Origin: Austwickia sp. | Lineage (GTDB): Bacteria > Actinomycetota > Actinomycetes > Actinomycetales > Dermatophilaceae | Assembly (NCBI GenBank): GCA_016711265.1 | Contig: JADJTI010000004.1 | Coordinates: forward strand, 102,165 to 166,164 | DNA length: 64,000 nt | Reading direction: 5' to 3' | Part shown: positions 37,327 to 49,378 of the stretch, one piece after another | Numbering within the stretch: the stretch's first letter is position 1 | Layout: every line of letters starts with the position of its first letter | Made by a program: the position numbers and the translations under genes | Notes under the pieces: model-generated | What the model saw: the letters and a program-made list of their open reading frames with translations, nothing else | What the model was told of the DNA's origin: nothing | The model's database searches: none

Positions 37327-38864
37327 CGAAGGAAGAGCGCCGAACCCTGGGTGAGCTCCAGCAGTGGCGAGGGGTACAGCCCGAGCACCACGGTGACGAT
37401 CACCCCGACGGCGATGGCGGCGATCGTGAGTACCGACGGCGACACCACGGCGATCCCCTCCTCGATGGGGTCGGAGAAGTACATCAGCACGATCACCCGG
37501 AAGTAGACGTACGCCGTGATGGCGCTGGAGAGCACCCCGATGACCGTGAGCACCACTCCGGCAGCGCCACCGTGGGCGACGGCCGCGCCGAAGACCGCGA
37601 ACTTGGCGGTGAACCCGGAGGTGAGAGGGATCCCGGCGAACGCCAGCAGCAGGAACGCGAACGCTCCCGCCAGCACCGGCGCGCGACGCCCGAGCCCGGC
37701 CCACTGAGCCAGGCCGGTCGCTTCAGAGGAGTCCAGGCGCACCAGCATGATGAGCCCGAAGGCGGCGATGGTCGTGAAACCGTAGGCCGCCAAGTAGAAG
37801 ACGACCGCGCTGACGCCGCTGCGATCAAAGGCCATCAACCCGACGATGATGAAGCCGGCATGCGCGATCGAGGAGTACGCGAGCAGCCGCTTGATGTCGG
37901 TCTGAGTGATCGAGAGCAGGGCACCGACCAGCATCGTCAGCCCGGCCACCACCCAGACCGCTACCTCCCAGTCCCACCGGGCGGGAGCGAAGGCCACGTA
38001 GACCAACCGCAGCATCGCGCCGAAGGCGGCGACCTTGGTGCAGGCGGCCATGAACCCGGTGACCGGGGTAGGAGCTCCTTGGTACACATCCGGTGTCCAG
38101 GAGTGGAAGGGCACCGCCCCGACCTTGAACAGCACGCCGATCAGCACCAGGAGCACCCCAGGGACCAGCAGCCCACCCATCTCACCCGTGGTGGAGACCG
38201 CGGCGGAGATGTCCGCGAGCTTGACCGAACCGGCGAACCCGTACAGTAGCGCGGCACCGAACAGGAAAAACGCCGAGGAGAACGATCCGAGCAGGAAGTA
38301 CTTCAGCGCGGCCTCTTGGGAGAGCAGCCGCCTACGTCGAGCCAGCGCCGTCAGCACATACAGCGGCATCGACAGGATCTCCAGCGCCACGAACATCGTG
38401 AGCAAGTCACCGGCCGAGGGGAAGATCATCATCCCCGCGATGGCGAACAGCGTGAGCGGGAAGACCTCGGTGCTCGAACCGAGTCGCTCGGCGATCGACT
38501 CTTCCGTCGACATCGGCACCGAAGCACCCGAGGGGGTGAACGCGTCCGCGTGCCGGCCGTTGAGGCGCTCGGCCATGATCAGCAGCGCAGCCAGGCCGAG
38601 CAGAACCACCAGGCCCTGGAGCACCAGCGCCGGACCGTCGATCACGATCGCACCGGCCAGGGTGACGCCCTTGGCGTCCTTGGCCTTCCACACCAGCGCC
38701 ACCAGCGCCGCCGCGAGGGTCAGGCACGACAGTGCGAGCTGAACGACGTACCGTGATCGTCGCGGCGCGAACGCCTCGATGAGTACGCCGATGATGGCGC
38801 CACCGAAGACGACCAGGATCGGCAGGATGGCCGCGTAGCTGATCTGCGTCATCTGGAAGTTCAC
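37323..38864 (-). CDS. nuoN: NADH-quinone oxidoreductase subunit N
   Basis: 513-aa antiporter-like polytopic protein, the last gene of the nuo operon. It overlaps the nuoM stop as ATGA. Confidence 0.9.
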   Translation of the reverse strand: MNFQMTQISYAAILPILVVFGGAIIGVLIEAFAPRRSRYVVQLALSCLTLAAALVALVWKAKDAKGVTLAGAIVIDGPALVLQGLVVLLGLAALLIMAERLNGRHADAFTPSGASVPMSTEESIAERLGSSTEVFPLTLFAIAGMMIFPSAGDLLTMFVALEILSMPLYVLTALARRRRLLSQEAALKYFLLGSFSSAFFLFGAALLYGFAGSVKLADISAAVSTTGEMGGLLVPGVLLVLIGVLFKVGAVPFHSWTPDVYQGAPTPVTGFMAACTKVAAFGAMLRLVYVAFAPARWDWEVAVWVVAGLTMLVGALLSITQTDIKRLLAYSSIAHAGFIIVGLMAFDRSGVSAVVFYLAAYGFTTIAAFGLIMLVRLDSSEATGLAQWAGLGRRAPVLAGAFAFLLLAFAGIPLTSGFTAKFAVFGAAVAHGGAAGVVLTVIGVLSSAITAYVYFRVIVLMYFSDPIEEGIAVVSPSVLTIAAIAVGVIVTVVLGLYPSPLLELTQGSALFLR

Positions 38865-40411
38865 TTGGCGCTCCCATGGTCCGCGGCGGTTCCGGCCGCG
38901 GAGCCAACCGCAGGCGCCGGGTCGGTCACGCCGACGTAAGTCAAGGTCTTGTCAACCGCGGGGTTGATCACGTCCAGCGCCACCTTCGGGTAGAAGCCGA
39001 GCAGCAGGAACAACGCGATCAAGGGCGCCACGACCCAGCGTTCGCGACTGGACAGGTCAGGGATCCGCGCGTACCGGTCGCCTTCCGGCTTGGGACCGGT
39101 GAACACCCGCTGGTACCACAACAGGATGTAGAGCGCCGCCAGGATGATGCCGATCGAGGAGATCGCGGCCACCCACGGCCACCGTTGGAAGGTGCCCATC
39201 ATGACCAGGAACTCCGAGACGAAGGAGCTCAGCCCAGGCAACGCTAGTCCGGCCAGGCCGGACACCAGGAAGGTGCCCGCCAGAACCGGGGCGACCCGCT
39301 GCCAGCCGCCGTAGTCGGCGATGTACTTGCTGCCGCCGCGCTGCATGAGCATGCCCGCGATGAGGAACAGAGCCGCGGTGGTGAAACCGTGGTTGAGCAT
39401 GTAGAGCACGGAGCCCGAGCCGCCCATCCGGGTGAAGGCGAAGATGCCCAGCACGATGAACCCGAAGTGGCTCACCGAGGTGTAGGCGATCAAGCGCATC
39501 ATGTCCTTCTGCCCGATGGCCACGATGCCGCCGTAGATGATCGAGATCAGGGCCAGACCCACCACCACCGGGGTGGCCCACTGGCTGGCCTCGGGGAACA
39601 TCTGCAGGCAGAACCGGATCATGCCGTAGGTGCCGACCTTGTCCAGTACGCCGACCAGCAGGACCGCCGTGGCAGGTTTGGCCTGCGTGGATGCCTCGGG
39701 CAGCCACGTGTGCACCGGCCACATCGGCGCCTTGATCGCGAAGGCGATGAAGAAGCCGACGAAGAGCCAGCGCTCGGTGGCCGTGCTCATCGACAGGCCG
39801 GTCAGGTTCTCCACCAGGAAGCCCCGGTTGCCGCCGTTGCCCTGGAAGTACACGGCGATGACCGCCACCAGCATGACCAACCCGCCGGCGAGGGAGAACA
39901 GCAGGAACTTCATCGCCGCGCGGAACCGCCCCGGCCCGCCGTAGCTGCCGATCAGGAAGTACACCGGAATCAGCATGGCTTCGAAGAACACGTAGAACAG
40001 GAACACATCGGTGGCCGCGAAGACGCCGACGATCATGGTCTCCAGCAGCAGCATCCAGGCGAAGTACCGGTTCTCACGCTGGCCACCCTCGGGGATGTCC
40101 CGCCAGGCGGCCAGGATGCACACCGGCACCAGGATGGCGGCCATGACGATCATCGCCAGCGCCATGCCGTCCACGCCCAGGGCGTAGGAGATGCCCCACT
40201 GCGGAATCCAGTTGTGGACCTCGGTGAGCTGGAACTGGGCGCTGCTGCCGGTGTCGAAGCGCGTCGCCGCAACCAGCGTCAGCGCCAGCGTGACCAGCGA
40301 GAAGCCGAAGGCGATCTGCCGCGCGGCCGCGTGCCGGGGCATGAAGAACAGAATCAGTGCGCCGACCGCCGGGACCAGCCCGATGATCGTCAACCAGGGG
40401 ACGTTCGTCAT
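38861..40411 (-). CDS. nuoM: NADH-quinone oxidoreductase subunit M
   Basis: Antiporter-like subunit. The start is taken at ATG 40411 ([18 protein letters not shown]...), overlapping the nuoL stop by 1 nt. The ORF track extends 5 codons further. Confidence 0.9.
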   Translation of the reverse strand: MTNVPWLTIIGLVPAVGALILFFMPRHAAARQIAFGFSLVTLALTLVAATRFDTGSSAQFQLTEVHNWIPQWGISYALGVDGMALAMIVMAAILVPVCILAAWRDIPEGGQRENRYFAWMLLLETMIVGVFAATDVFLFYVFFEAMLIPVYFLIGSYGGPGRFRAAMKFLLFSLAGGLVMLVAVIAVYFQGNGGNRGFLVENLTGLSMSTATERWLFVGFFIAFAIKAPMWPVHTWLPEASTQAKPATAVLLVGVLDKVGTYGMIRFCLQMFPEASQWATPVVVGLALISIIYGGIVAIGQKDMMRLIAYTSVSHFGFIVLGIFAFTRMGGSGSVLYMLNHGFTTAALFLIAGMLMQRGGSKYIADYGGWQRVAPVLAGTFLVSGLAGLALPGLSSFVSEFLVMMGTFQRWPWVAAISSIGIILAALYILLWYQRVFTGPKPEGDRYARIPDLSSRERWVVAPLIALFLLLGFYPKVALDVINPAVDKTLTYVGVTDPAPAVGSAAGTAADHGSAK

Positions 40412-42360
40412 CACTGCACCACCCACATGGCACCGAGGATCACGACGACGCCGAGCAGCATCGTCAGGGCGTAACTGCGCACGAACCCGTTCTGGATCCG
40501 CCTGACCCGGCCGGAGGCGCCGCGGAGCCCGTTGGCCAGCCCCATCGCCGCTCCATCGACACCCTGGTCATCGGTGGACACCATGGCCCGGACGAGTCCG
40601 CGGCCGGGCAGCACCAGCGCGCCGTGATTGACGTCGTCCTGGTAGAAGTCGCGGCGCGCCAGCCGGGTCCAGAAGGATCCCCGCGGGGCGGACACCGCCA
40701 CCTGACCCTGCCAGTACATCCGGTAGGCCCACGCGACCCCGATCGCCACCAGCACCAGTGTCAAACCCGTGATCACTGGAACCGGCAGGACCGGATGGTG
40801 TTCCTCGCCGTGGCCGCCGGTGACCGGCTCCAGCCAGGTGGTGAATCCGGCGAACCACAGCAGCCCGCCCAGCAGCACCGACCCCACCGACAGCACGATC
40901 ATCGGGATGGTCATGGTGGCGGGAGACTCGTGCGGGTGGTCGTCCTTCTCCCAACGCTTGTCACCGTGGAAGGTCATGAAGAAGAGCCGAGACATGTAGA
41001 ACGCCGTTAGGCCGGCGGCGAGCATGGTCACGAAACCGAACACCCACGGCCGCCAGCCGTGGCCGATGAACGCGGCTTCGATGATCTTGTCCTTGCTCCA
41101 GAACCCGGACAGCAGCGGGAAGCCGATGATCGCGAGCCAGCCGGCACCGAAGGTGAGCCAGGTGGTCTTCATCTTCCCGGACAGGCTGCCGAAGGTTCTC
41201 ATGTCGACCCGGTCACCCATGCCGTGCATCACCGAACCCGCGCCCAGGAACATGCCGGCCTTGAAGAAGCCGTGGGTGACCAGGTGGAAGATCGCGAACG
41301 CGTACCCGATGGGGCCCAGGCCCGCGGCCAGCATCATGTAGCCGATCTGGGACATCGTGGAGGCGGCCAGCGCCTTCTTGATGTCGTCCTTGGCGCACCC
41401 GATGATCGCCCCCATGGTCAGGGTGATCGCACCGACCACCACGACTGCCAACTGGGCGTTGGGGGCCAGGTTGTAGATCGGGTTGCTGCGGACCACCAGG
41501 TACACCCCCGCGGTCACCATCGTCGCCGCGTGGATCAGCGCCGACACCGGGGTCGGACCGGCCATCGCGTCCCCCAGCCAGGACTGCAGCGGGAACTGGG
41601 CCGACTTGCCGCAGGCGCCGACCAGCAGCAGCAGCCCGATGACGGTGAGGGTGACCTGCGAGGCCTCCCCCGCCGCAGGCAACACGCCGGCGTAGTCCAC
41701 CCGCCCGAACGTGAAGAACATGGTCATGATTGCCAAGCCGAGACCGAAGTCGCCGACCCGGTTGGCGATGAAGGCCTTGTTGGCGGCCGAGGCGTACTCG
41801 GGCCGGTAGTTCCAGAAGCCGATGAGCAGGTACGACGCCAGGCCCACCCCTTCCCAGCCGACGTACAACAGCAGGTAGCTGTCGGCCAGGACGAGCAGCA
41901 GCATGGCCGCGACGAAGAGGTTCAGGTAGGCGAAGAAGCGCCGCTTGTCGGGGTCGTGCGCCATGTATCCCAGCGAGTAGACCAGGATGAGCGAGCCCAC
42001 GAACGTCACCAGCATGACGAAGGTCATCGACAACTGGTCGACCAGCAGGCCGGCGTTCAGGTTCAGGGTGCCGACCGGCAGCCACGAGAAGAGGTGCACG
42101 TGCTGCGCCCGCTCGCCGGGGGCTCTCCCGAGCATCTCGACCAGGATCGCCGCGCCGACACCGAAGGAGGCCCACGACATCCCGACCGCGAGGCCCGGGC
42201 CGACGCCGTTGGTACGCCGCCCGCCCAGCAGCAGGACCGCAGCACCCACCAGCGGCAACGCGATGAGCAGCCACGCCAAGGCGGCCATCCCCTGCGCCTG
42301 AGCCGCAGCCTGGGGGCCCTCAGCGGCCAGCTGGGACGCTGTCCACATCATGGTTTGCAC
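40411..42360 (-). CDS. nuoL: NADH-quinone oxidoreductase subunit L
   Basis: 649-aa antiporter-like subunit with a long C-terminal lateral-helix region. The GTG start lies 6 nt after a GGAG that follows the nuoK stop. Confidence 0.9.
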   Translation of the reverse strand: MQTMMWTASQLAAEGPQAAAQAQGMAALAWLLIALPLVGAAVLLLGGRRTNGVGPGLAVGMSWASFGVGAAILVEMLGRAPGERAQHVHLFSWLPVGTLNLNAGLLVDQLSMTFVMLVTFVGSLILVYSLGYMAHDPDKRRFFAYLNLFVAAMLLLVLADSYLLLYVGWEGVGLASYLLIGFWNYRPEYASAANKAFIANRVGDFGLGLAIMTMFFTFGRVDYAGVLPAAGEASQVTLTVIGLLLLVGACGKSAQFPLQSWLGDAMAGPTPVSALIHAATMVTAGVYLVVRSNPIYNLAPNAQLAVVVVGAITLTMGAIIGCAKDDIKKALAASTMSQIGYMMLAAGLGPIGYAFAIFHLVTHGFFKAGMFLGAGSVMHGMGDRVDMRTFGSLSGKMKTTWLTFGAGWLAIIGFPLLSGFWSKDKIIEAAFIGHGWRPWVFGFVTMLAAGLTAFYMSRLFFMTFHGDKRWEKDDHPHESPATMTIPMIVLSVGSVLLGGLLWFAGFTTWLEPVTGGHGEEHHPVLPVPVITGLTLVLVAIGVAWAYRMYWQGQVAVSAPRGSFWTRLARRDFYQDDVNHGALVLPGRGLVRAMVSTDDQGVDGAAMGLANGLRGASGRVRRIQNGFVRSYALTMLLGVVVILGAMWVVQ

Positions 42361-42369
42361 GCCGGCTCC

Positions 42370-42669
42370 TTACAGCTTCAACAGGTTCGTGTCGTCGACC
42401 GACGCCGAGCGGCGGGCGCGATAGATCGTCATGATGATGGCCAGACCGACGACGACCTCGGCTGCGGCGACGACCATGACGAACAACGCGATCGCCTGCC
42501 CGTCGAGCTCACCGTGCATCCGGGCGAAGGTCACGAACATCAGGTTGACCGCGTTCAGCATGAGCTCCACGCCCATGAAGACCACGAGGGCGTTACGACG
42601 CAGGAGCACCACCGCGGCACCGATCGAGAACAGGATCGCGGCCAGGTAGATGTAGTTGACCAGGTTCAT
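42370..42669 (-). CDS. nuoK: NADH-quinone oxidoreductase subunit K
   Basis: 99 aa: [46 protein letters not shown].... The ATG overlaps the nuoJ stop as ATGA. The longer ORF-track extension is rejected. Confidence 0.92.
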   Translation of the reverse strand: MNLVNYIYLAAILFSIGAAVVLLRRNALVVFMGVELMLNAVNLMFVTFARMHGELDGQAIALFVMVVAAAEVVVGLAIIMTIYRARRSASVDDTNLLKL

Positions 42670-43436
42670 CGCGCCGAACCCTCCTGGATCTCGCGTTCGA
42701 CCTCGTCGGTGGACTCGACGAACACCGTCGGCGACCCGATCTGGCCGCGGGCCTGCAGGACCCGAGAGACCGACAGTTCGCTGGGTGATCCATCCGGCAG
42801 CAGCGCCGGGGTGTCCACGGCGTTGTGCCGTGCGTAGACCCCGGGGGCGGGCAGACCCGCGACGTACCGGTTTTCGCGGAACCGGCGCCGGCTCCACTCC
42901 CGCTGAGTGGGTTTGGGCAGCAGTCGCTGCCGGTGCGCCAGCACGATCGCCGCCAACGCAGCCGTCACCAGGAGCGCCGAGGTGATCTCGAAGACCCACA
43001 CGTACGGACCGAAGATCAGGTTGGCCATGCCGGAGACGTTGCCTTCCCGGTTGACGGCCGCCAGACCTGTGGCGGGCCGGAACGCCACCGAACCGATCGT
43101 GGTGATCAGCAGCAGCGACAGGCCGAGCACCAGCAGTAGGGAGGCCCATCGGTGGCCCTTGATGGTGTCCACCAGGGTGTCGGAGGCGTCGACGCCGATC
43201 AGCATGATGACGAAGAGGAACAACATCATGACTGCGCCGGTGTAGACGAAGATCTGGATGATCCCCAGGAAGTCTGCGCCTTGGGCCAGGTAGAGCACGC
43301 CCATCAGGACCATGAGCAACGCCATCGACAGGGCAGCGTACACCGCCTTGCGGACGAACAGCAGGCCCATGCCGGCCAGCACCATCATCGGGCCCGCCAC
43401 CCAGAAGAGGACGGCTTCCCCGGTACTCGTGTCCAT
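42666..43436 (-). CDS. nuoJ: NADH-quinone oxidoreductase subunit J
   Basis: 256 aa. It has the N-terminal TM core (...[45 protein letters not shown]...) and sits in the expected operon position. Confidence 0.9.
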   Translation of the reverse strand: MDTSTGEAVLFWVAGPMMVLAGMGLLFVRKAVYAALSMALLMVLMGVLYLAQGADFLGIIQIFVYTGAVMMLFLFVIMLIGVDASDTLVDTIKGHRWASLLLVLGLSLLLITTIGSVAFRPATGLAAVNREGNVSGMANLIFGPYVWVFEITSALLVTAALAAIVLAHRQRLLPKPTQREWSRRRFRENRYVAGLPAPGVYARHNAVDTPALLPDGSPSELSVSRVLQARGQIGSPTVFVESTDEVEREIQEGSAR

Positions 43437-43442
43437 GTGTGC

Positions 43443-44138
43443 TTACGCCCCTTCGCCTTCGGCGGGTACGTCGGCCCGCGTGGCGCTGGCCTGCTCCGGA
43501 GTGGCTGCGGTGACCTTGCCCTGGTAGTAGTCCCGCTCCTCCATGCCCGCCACCATGGGGTGCGGCGGTGCCAGCATGCCCTCATCCAGCGGTGCCAGGA
43601 GCTGGTGCTTCTCGTAGATCAGGTCGGCGCGGTTGGCGTCGGCCAGCTCGTAGAAGTTGGTCATGGTCAGGGCGCGGGTGGGGCAGGCCTCGATGCACAA
43701 CCCGCACAGGATGCACCGCAGATAGTTGATCTGGTACACCCGCCCGTAGCGCTCACCGGGAGAGAACCGGCCGGTGCCGCCCTCCTCGACCGGCCGGTCG
43801 TCGTTGTCCGCCCCTTCGACGTAGATGGCATCGGCCGGGCAGGCCCACGCGCACAGCTCGCAGCCGACGCACTTCTCCAGCCCGTCCGGGTGCCGGTTGA
43901 GCTGATGGCGCCCATGGAACCGCGGCGCGGTGGGGACCTTCTCTTCCGGGTACTGCACGGTGACCGGCGCCCGGAACTGCGTCATGAACGAGACGCCGAA
44001 GCCGGCGACGGGGGCGAACAGCTCGGCGAGGAAACCCGGCCTCTTCTCGGTGTCCTCGCCCGAGCTGGACCGGTTCGGGGAAGGCGGCGGCGCCGAGTCC
44101 TTGGCCTCAGCTGGTCGGTCCGCACTGAAGTCAGCCAC
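43443..44138 (-). CDS. nuoI: NADH-quinone oxidoreductase subunit I
   Basis: It has two 4Fe-4S motifs ([12 protein letters not shown] and [12 protein letters not shown]) and the conserved ...VTVQYPEEK... segment. The GTG at 44138 keeps the conserved GFGVSF region and gives a ~45-aa low-complexity N-terminal extension. The start is uncertain. Confidence 0.85.
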   Translation of the reverse strand: MADFSADRPAEAKDSAPPPSPNRSSSGEDTEKRPGFLAELFAPVAGFGVSFMTQFRAPVTVQYPEEKVPTAPRFHGRHQLNRHPDGLEKCVGCELCAWACPADAIYVEGADNDDRPVEEGGTGRFSPGERYGRVYQINYLRCILCGLCIEACPTRALTMTNFYELADANRADLIYEKHQLLAPLDEGMLAPPHPMVAGMEERDYYQGKVTAATPEQASATRADVPAEGEGA

Positions 44139-45516
44139 GCTCGACCTCCTGGTCGTGGTCGGTGCTGGTGCCCGCGGCGGCGATCGAGCCACCGGTGGGA
44201 GCCACCGGAGTCGGCTCTCTCAGCCGCTGCCCCGGCAAGGGCGGTACGGGGTAGCCACCCGCGAACGGATCGATCTCGGCCGGGGTGCCGGGCCGGCGAC
44301 GGCGCTGTTCCCGCTTGTTCTCCCAGACGAAGGCGGCACCCAGGGTGGCGATGGCCACGACACCGAAGACGAAGCCCAACGCCAAGATGGTGTTTTCCCC
44401 GAGGTATCCCAGCTGCGCACCCCGGATGAACGCGACCGCGATCACCCAGGCCAAGGTGGCCGGAATGAGGAACTTCCAGCCGAAGCTCATGAACTGGTCG
44501 TACCGGGTTCGCGGCAGGGTGCCACGGACCCAGATGAACAACCAGATGAACAGCCACATCTTGATCGTGAACCAGAGCAGCCCCCACCAACCGCCGTTGA
44601 ACATGCCGCCGCCGATCCAGGCGATCCCGGGGGGTGCCTGCCAGCCGCCGAGGAACATGGTGGTGGCCAAGCCGGACACGGTGAACATGTTGATGTACTC
44701 GCCGAGGAAGAACATCCCCCAGCGCATGCCGGAGTACTCCGACTGGTACCCGGCGACCAACTCGCCCTCACCCTCGGAGAGGTCGAAGGGCACCCGGTTG
44801 GTCTCGCCGAACATGGTGATCACGTAGACGACGAAGGAGAACACCGCGGGCACGATGAACCACAGGCTGGTCTGGGCAGCCACGATCGTCGAGGTCGACA
44901 TCGACCGCGCGTACATGAAGACCGAGACCAGCGACAGCCCCATCGCGATCTCGTAGGAGATCACCTGCGCCGAACCGCGCAGCCCGCCCAGCAACGGGTA
45001 CGTCGACCCGCTGGACCAGCCTGCCAGCACGATCCCGTAAGCGCCGATCCCGGCGGCGGCCAGCGCCAGGATCACCGACACCGAGGTGTCGGTCAGTTGC
45101 AGCGGCGTGCGGTGGCCGAACATCCAGACGTCGTTGCTCATGGGGATGACGGCGAAGGTGATGAACGCCGCAGACGCGGTGATGATCGGCGCCAGAAGGA
45201 AGGTGAACTTGTCCGCGCGGTCGGGGACGAACACCTCCTTCATCAGCAGCTTCCAACCATCGCCCAGGGTCTGCAGGATGCCCAGGGGGCCGAAGCGGTT
45301 GGGGCCTCGCCGGTGCTGCATCCGCGCGATCACCCGGCGCTCGAACCAGATCACGATGACGACCTGGATCAGCAGGTACAGGACGACGATGACGGCCTTG
45401 ATGACCGTCAGCCACATCGGCGTGTCCGAGAAGTCCGCCACCGGCAGTTCGTTGGTGGCCACCCCACCCGGCGCGGCGTGACCCAGGACGCCGGCGAGCT
45501 CGACGAGAGCCCTCAT
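44131..45516 (-). CDS. nuoH: NADH-quinone oxidoreductase subunit H
   Basis: The ATG at 45516 overlaps the nuoG stop as ATGA. The segment ...[35 protein letters not shown]... is present, and there is a C-terminal Pro/Arg-rich extension. Confidence 0.9.
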   Translation of the reverse strand: MRALVELAGVLGHAAPGGVATNELPVADFSDTPMWLTVIKAVIVVLYLLIQVVIVIWFERRVIARMQHRRGPNRFGPLGILQTLGDGWKLLMKEVFVPDRADKFTFLLAPIITASAAFITFAVIPMSNDVWMFGHRTPLQLTDTSVSVILALAAAGIGAYGIVLAGWSSGSTYPLLGGLRGSAQVISYEIAMGLSLVSVFMYARSMSTSTIVAAQTSLWFIVPAVFSFVVYVITMFGETNRVPFDLSEGEGELVAGYQSEYSGMRWGMFFLGEYINMFTVSGLATTMFLGGWQAPPGIAWIGGGMFNGGWWGLLWFTIKMWLFIWLFIWVRGTLPRTRYDQFMSFGWKFLIPATLAWVIAVAFIRGAQLGYLGENTILALGFVFGVVAIATLGAAFVWENKREQRRRRPGTPAEIDPFAGGYPVPPLPGQRLREPTPVAPTGGSIAAAGTSTDHDQEVERG

Positions 45517-48026
45517 TGCGCTCCACCACCCTTGCTGAGCGTGACGATGTCTCCCGCGATCGAGCCGAGCTCCACGCGGACCCGGGAACCCGGGGAGTTG
45601 GTCGGGACCCACACCACGTGGTCGACCATGCCCTCGGTGATCTCCGCGGGCAGCGTCAGCGAACCGCGCGGTGAGGTGATGGTGACGGCCATCCCGTCGA
45701 CCACGTCGAGTCGCTGGGCGGTGGTCGGCGAGATCCTCGCCCTGGCCAGCGGCGCCGTACCGGCCAAGAACGGTTCACCGTCCTGAAGGCGCCCGGCGTC
45801 CAGGAGGTGATGCCAGGTGGCCAGGACCGCCTCGCCCGTGGCCAGCTTGCCGACCCCACCACCGACGCCGCCGGGCTTGACCGGACGGGACCCCGACCAG
45901 CTGCCCAGCGACCGCATCTCGGCGCGAGTGGCCTCCAGGGTGGGCAGTCCCAGCCAGGCATCCATCTCGTCGGCGAGCAGGTGCAACACCCGGTGGTCGC
46001 CCATCGCGTTGCTGTCCAGGGCGGCCTCGAACGGGATCAGCCGGCCCTCCCAGTTGACGAAGGCGCCGGCCTTCTCGGCCAGGGGGGCGATCGGCAGCAC
46101 GACGTCGGCCTCATCGGTGGCTCGGCTGGTCCGCAGCTCCAGGCTGACCGTGAACGCCCGGCGCAACGCCTGCGCGGCCAGCGCCGGGTCGGGCAGATCG
46201 GACAGTTCGACCCCGCCGACCACGAGCCCGGCCAGGGCGCCCGAGGCCGCATCGGCGATGATCGCAGTGCCGTCGCGTCCCGCGCGGGTGGTGGCGGGCG
46301 GCGTACCCCAGGCTTGTGCGAGATCGACCCAGGCCTGCGGGTCGTGCGCGGGACGGCCCCCGGGTAGCAGGGTGGGCAGGCAGCCGGCTTCCAGTGCCCC
46401 GCGCTCACCGGCGCGCCGCGGGATCCACGCCAACCGCGCGCCCGTGGACTCGGCCAGCGCCGCTGCGGCCGTCAATGCTCCCGGCACGGTGGCCAGCCGC
46501 TCACCGACGAGGATGACGGCGTCACCTTCAGCGAGCGCCAGGGCGGCCGCGGACAGCGGGGGCTCGGCGCGACGATCGGCCAACGCCCCCAGGACCTCGG
46601 TCTCGGTCTTGGGCGCCGCAGGGATCAAGGTGCCGAACATCTTGGTCAGCCCGCGGGTGGCGAACGGCGCGACCGCGAACACCTTGGTCTTCTTCGCGCG
46701 GGCCGCCTTGCGCAGCCGCAGGAAGACCATCGGCGATTCTTCTTCGGGCTCGAAACCGACCAGCAACACGGTCTTGGCGGTTTCCAGCTCGGCGTACGTC
46801 ACCGCGTCGCCGTCGGGGCCGGTGGCGACGACGTGCGTGGCGAGGAAGGCCTCCTCCTCGCCCGAATGGGGCCGCGCCCGGAAGTCGATGTCATGGGTAC
46901 CCAGCACAACGCGGGCGAACTTGGCGTAGGCGTAGGCGTCTTCGCTGGAGAGCCGGCCACCCGTGAGGACTCCCACACCACCGGCCGCAGCGGCCGCTGT
47001 CAGCCCGCGCGCCGCGACCTCGATCGCTTCGGGCCAGGACGCGACCCGCAGCTGCCCGGAGGCGTCGCGCACCATCGGTTGGGTGATCCGATTCGGTTCG
47101 GTGGCGTAGGTGAACGCCCACCGGCCTTTATCGCAGTTCCATTCCTCGTTGACGGCCGGCACGTTAACGGCCATCCGGCGAAGCACCACGCCCCGGCGGT
47201 GGTCCGTCCGCAGGGTGCAACCGCTGGCGCAGTGCTCGCACGCCGACATGGTGCTCACCAGGTCGAACGGCCGGGAGCGGAAGCGGTACGCCGCCCCGGT
47301 CAGGGCGCCGACCGGGCAGATCTGCACGGTGTTGCCGGAGAAGTAGCTCTCGAACGGCTTCTCCTGGTAGGTGCCGATCTGCTGCATGGCACCGCGTTCG
47401 ACGAGCGCGATGAATGGATCGCCCGCGATCTGCTCGGAGAACCGGGTGCACCGCTGGCACAGCACGCAGCGTTCCCGGTCCAGCAGCACCTGGCTGGACA
47501 CGTTCACCGGCTTGGCGAAGGTGCGCTTGACGTCCACGAACCGGGATCGGCCGCGCCCATGGGACATGGCCTGGTTCTGCAACGGGCACTCGCCGCCCTT
47601 GTCGCAGACCGGGCAGTCCAGCGGGTGGTTGATCAGCAGGAACTCCATGATGCCCTGCTGGGCCTTGTCGGCCACCGCGGAGGTGTGCTGGGTGCGGACC
47701 TCCATGCCCTCACCGACCGCCATCGCGCACGCCGGCTGCGGCTTGGGCATCGGTCGCACCTGCCCGTCCGGGCCCGGCATCGCGACGTCGACCAGGCACT
47801 GGCGGCAGGCGCCGACAGGCTCCAGCAGGGGGTGGTCGCAGAACCTCGGAATCTCGATACCGAGCTGCTCCGCAGCCCGGATGATCATCGAACCCTTGGG
47901 CACCTGGACGGTGATCCCGTCGACCTTCATGGTGACCAGGTCGACCGGCGGGGGGCTCGCGAGCGCGGCGTCGCCACCGCTGGCGGCGGGGGTGGCGCCC
48001 GAGGCGGGACTGGACGCGACGGTCAT
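45513..48026 (-). CDS. nuoG: NADH-quinone oxidoreductase subunit G
   Basis: 837 aa. It has N-terminal 2Fe-2S/4Fe-4S Cys clusters (...[17 protein letters not shown]..., ...[17 protein letters not shown]...) and a molybdopterin-oxidoreductase-like domain. Confidence 0.92.
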   Translation of the reverse strand: MTVASSPASGATPAASGGDAALASPPPVDLVTMKVDGITVQVPKGSMIIRAAEQLGIEIPRFCDHPLLEPVGACRQCLVDVAMPGPDGQVRPMPKPQPACAMAVGEGMEVRTQHTSAVADKAQQGIMEFLLINHPLDCPVCDKGGECPLQNQAMSHGRGRSRFVDVKRTFAKPVNVSSQVLLDRERCVLCQRCTRFSEQIAGDPFIALVERGAMQQIGTYQEKPFESYFSGNTVQICPVGALTGAAYRFRSRPFDLVSTMSACEHCASGCTLRTDHRRGVVLRRMAVNVPAVNEEWNCDKGRWAFTYATEPNRITQPMVRDASGQLRVASWPEAIEVAARGLTAAAAAGGVGVLTGGRLSSEDAYAYAKFARVVLGTHDIDFRARPHSGEEEAFLATHVVATGPDGDAVTYAELETAKTVLLVGFEPEEESPMVFLRLRKAARAKKTKVFAVAPFATRGLTKMFGTLIPAAPKTETEVLGALADRRAEPPLSAAALALAEGDAVILVGERLATVPGALTAAAALAESTGARLAWIPRRAGERGALEAGCLPTLLPGGRPAHDPQAWVDLAQAWGTPPATTRAGRDGTAIIADAASGALAGLVVGGVELSDLPDPALAAQALRRAFTVSLELRTSRATDEADVVLPIAPLAEKAGAFVNWEGRLIPFEAALDSNAMGDHRVLHLLADEMDAWLGLPTLEATRAEMRSLGSWSGSRPVKPGGVGGGVGKLATGEAVLATWHHLLDAGRLQDGEPFLAGTAPLARARISPTTAQRLDVVDGMAVTITSPRGSLTLPAEITEGMVDHVVWVPTNSPGSRVRVELGSIAGDIVTLSKGGGAQ

Positions 48027-49378
48027 GAACCCACGCCTTCCTTCACGGACGGGCCGGCCTTCGAGGCCTGCGCTGACCCCTGTGGGGAGTCGAACAGGGT
48101 GCTGCGGTGCGGTGGGAAGAGTTCGTCGGCGGGGGTGTGCATACCCTGCTCGAACTCCTCTCGGAAGTACTTGATGCCCGAGGCCACCGGGGAGGTGGCG
48201 GCATCACCGAGGGCGCAGAACGACCGGCCCAGAAGGTTGTCACAAATATCGAGCAGGGTCTCGATGTCGCCGGCCTGGCCCTTGCCGTCCACCAGGCGCT
48301 GCATGATCTGCCGCATCCACCAGTTGCCTTCGCGGCAGGGGGTGCACTTGCCGCACGACTCGTGGGCGTAGAACTCGATCCAGCGGGACACCGCGCGGAC
48401 CACCGAGACCGTCTCGTCGAAGATCTGCAGCGCGCGGGTGCCCAGCATGGACCCCTCTTTGGCGACCGAGTCGAAGTCCAGCGGTACGTCGAGGTGGGCA
48501 TCGGTGAACAACGGCGTGGAGGATCCGCCCGGTGTCCAGAACTTCAGCCGGTGACCTTCCCGGATGCCGCCGGCCATGTCGATCAGCTCGCGCAACGTGA
48601 TGCCGAGGGGGGCTTCGTACTGCCCCGGCCGGGTGACATGCCCGGAGAGGCTGAAGAACCCAAACCCCGTGGAACGCTCGGTGCCCATCTCCTTGAACCA
48701 GTCGGGCCCGAATCGCATGATCGAGGGCACCGAGGCGATGGATTCGACGTTGTTGATGACCGTGGGCCGCGCGTACAACCCGGCCACCGCGGGGAACGGC
48801 GGCTTCAACCGGGGCTGGCCGCGGCGGCCCTCCAGAGAGTCCAGCAGCGCGGTCTCTTCACCGCAGATGTAGGCCCCGGCCCCGGCATGGGCGGTGATGT
48901 CCAGGTCGAACCCGGTCCCCAGGATGTTCCTGCCGAGATAGCCCGCGTCGTAGGCCTCCTGCACCGCGTTCATCAGCCGGCGGTAGACGTGCACGACCTC
49001 CCCGCGCAGGTACACGAACGCGTGGTGGCAGCCGATCGCGTAAGAGGTGATGATCATCCCCTCGATCAGCGCGTGCGGGTTGGCCATCAAGGTCGGGATG
49101 TCCTTGCAGGTGCCCGGCTCGGATTCGTCCGCGTTCACCACGAGGTAGCGCGGTCCCCCGTCGGGGGGAGGCAGGAAGCCCCATTTCATGCCCATCGGGA
49201 AGCCCGCGCCACCACGGCCCCGAAGGGAGGAGTCCTTGGCCGCCTGGACCAGGGTCTGCGGGTCCTTGGTCAACGCCTCGCGCATCGCCCGGTATCCATC
49301 GAACCGCTCGTACGTCGCCCGCGTCCAGGACTGCGGTTGGTCCCAGATCCGGCTGAGCACCGGCGTCAGCTGGGTCAT
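48023..49378 (-). CDS. nuoF: NADH-quinone oxidoreductase subunit F
   Basis: 451 aa. FMN/NADH-binding motifs are present ([15 protein letters not shown], ...[14 protein letters not shown]...), as is the N3 cluster region ([12 protein letters not shown]). Confidence 0.93.
   Translation of the reverse strand: MTQLTPVLSRIWDQPQSWTRATYERFDGYRAMREALTKDPQTLVQAAKDSSLRGRGGAGFPMGMKWGFLPPPDGGPRYLVVNADESEPGTCKDIPTLMANPHALIEGMIITSYAIGCHHAFVYLRGEVVHVYRRLMNAVQEAYDAGYLGRNILGTGFDLDITAHAGAGAYICGEETALLDSLEGRRGQPRLKPPFPAVAGLYARPTVINNVESIASVPSIMRFGPDWFKEMGTERSTGFGFFSLSGHVTRPGQYEAPLGITLRELIDMAGGIREGHRLKFWTPGGSSTPLFTDAHLDVPLDFDSVAKEGSMLGTRALQIFDETVSVVRAVSRWIEFYAHESCGKCTPCREGNWWMRQIMQRLVDGKGQAGDIETLLDICDNLLGRSFCALGDAATSPVASGIKYFREEFEQGMHTPADELFPPHRSTLFDSPQGSAQASKAGPSVKEGVGS

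Noticed and set aside
43930-45786. Very long alternative-frame or antisense ORFs overlapping conserved genes. Examples: 43930..45786, 41059..42837 and 46833..48371 opposite nuo genes; 9383..10738; 2720..3793; 54888..55955; 211..1086.
   Set aside because: These are typical of high-G+C DNA. They have Arg/Pro/Gly/Ala-rich compositions and no motifs. Each fully overlaps a gene with strong family signatures on the other strand or frame.
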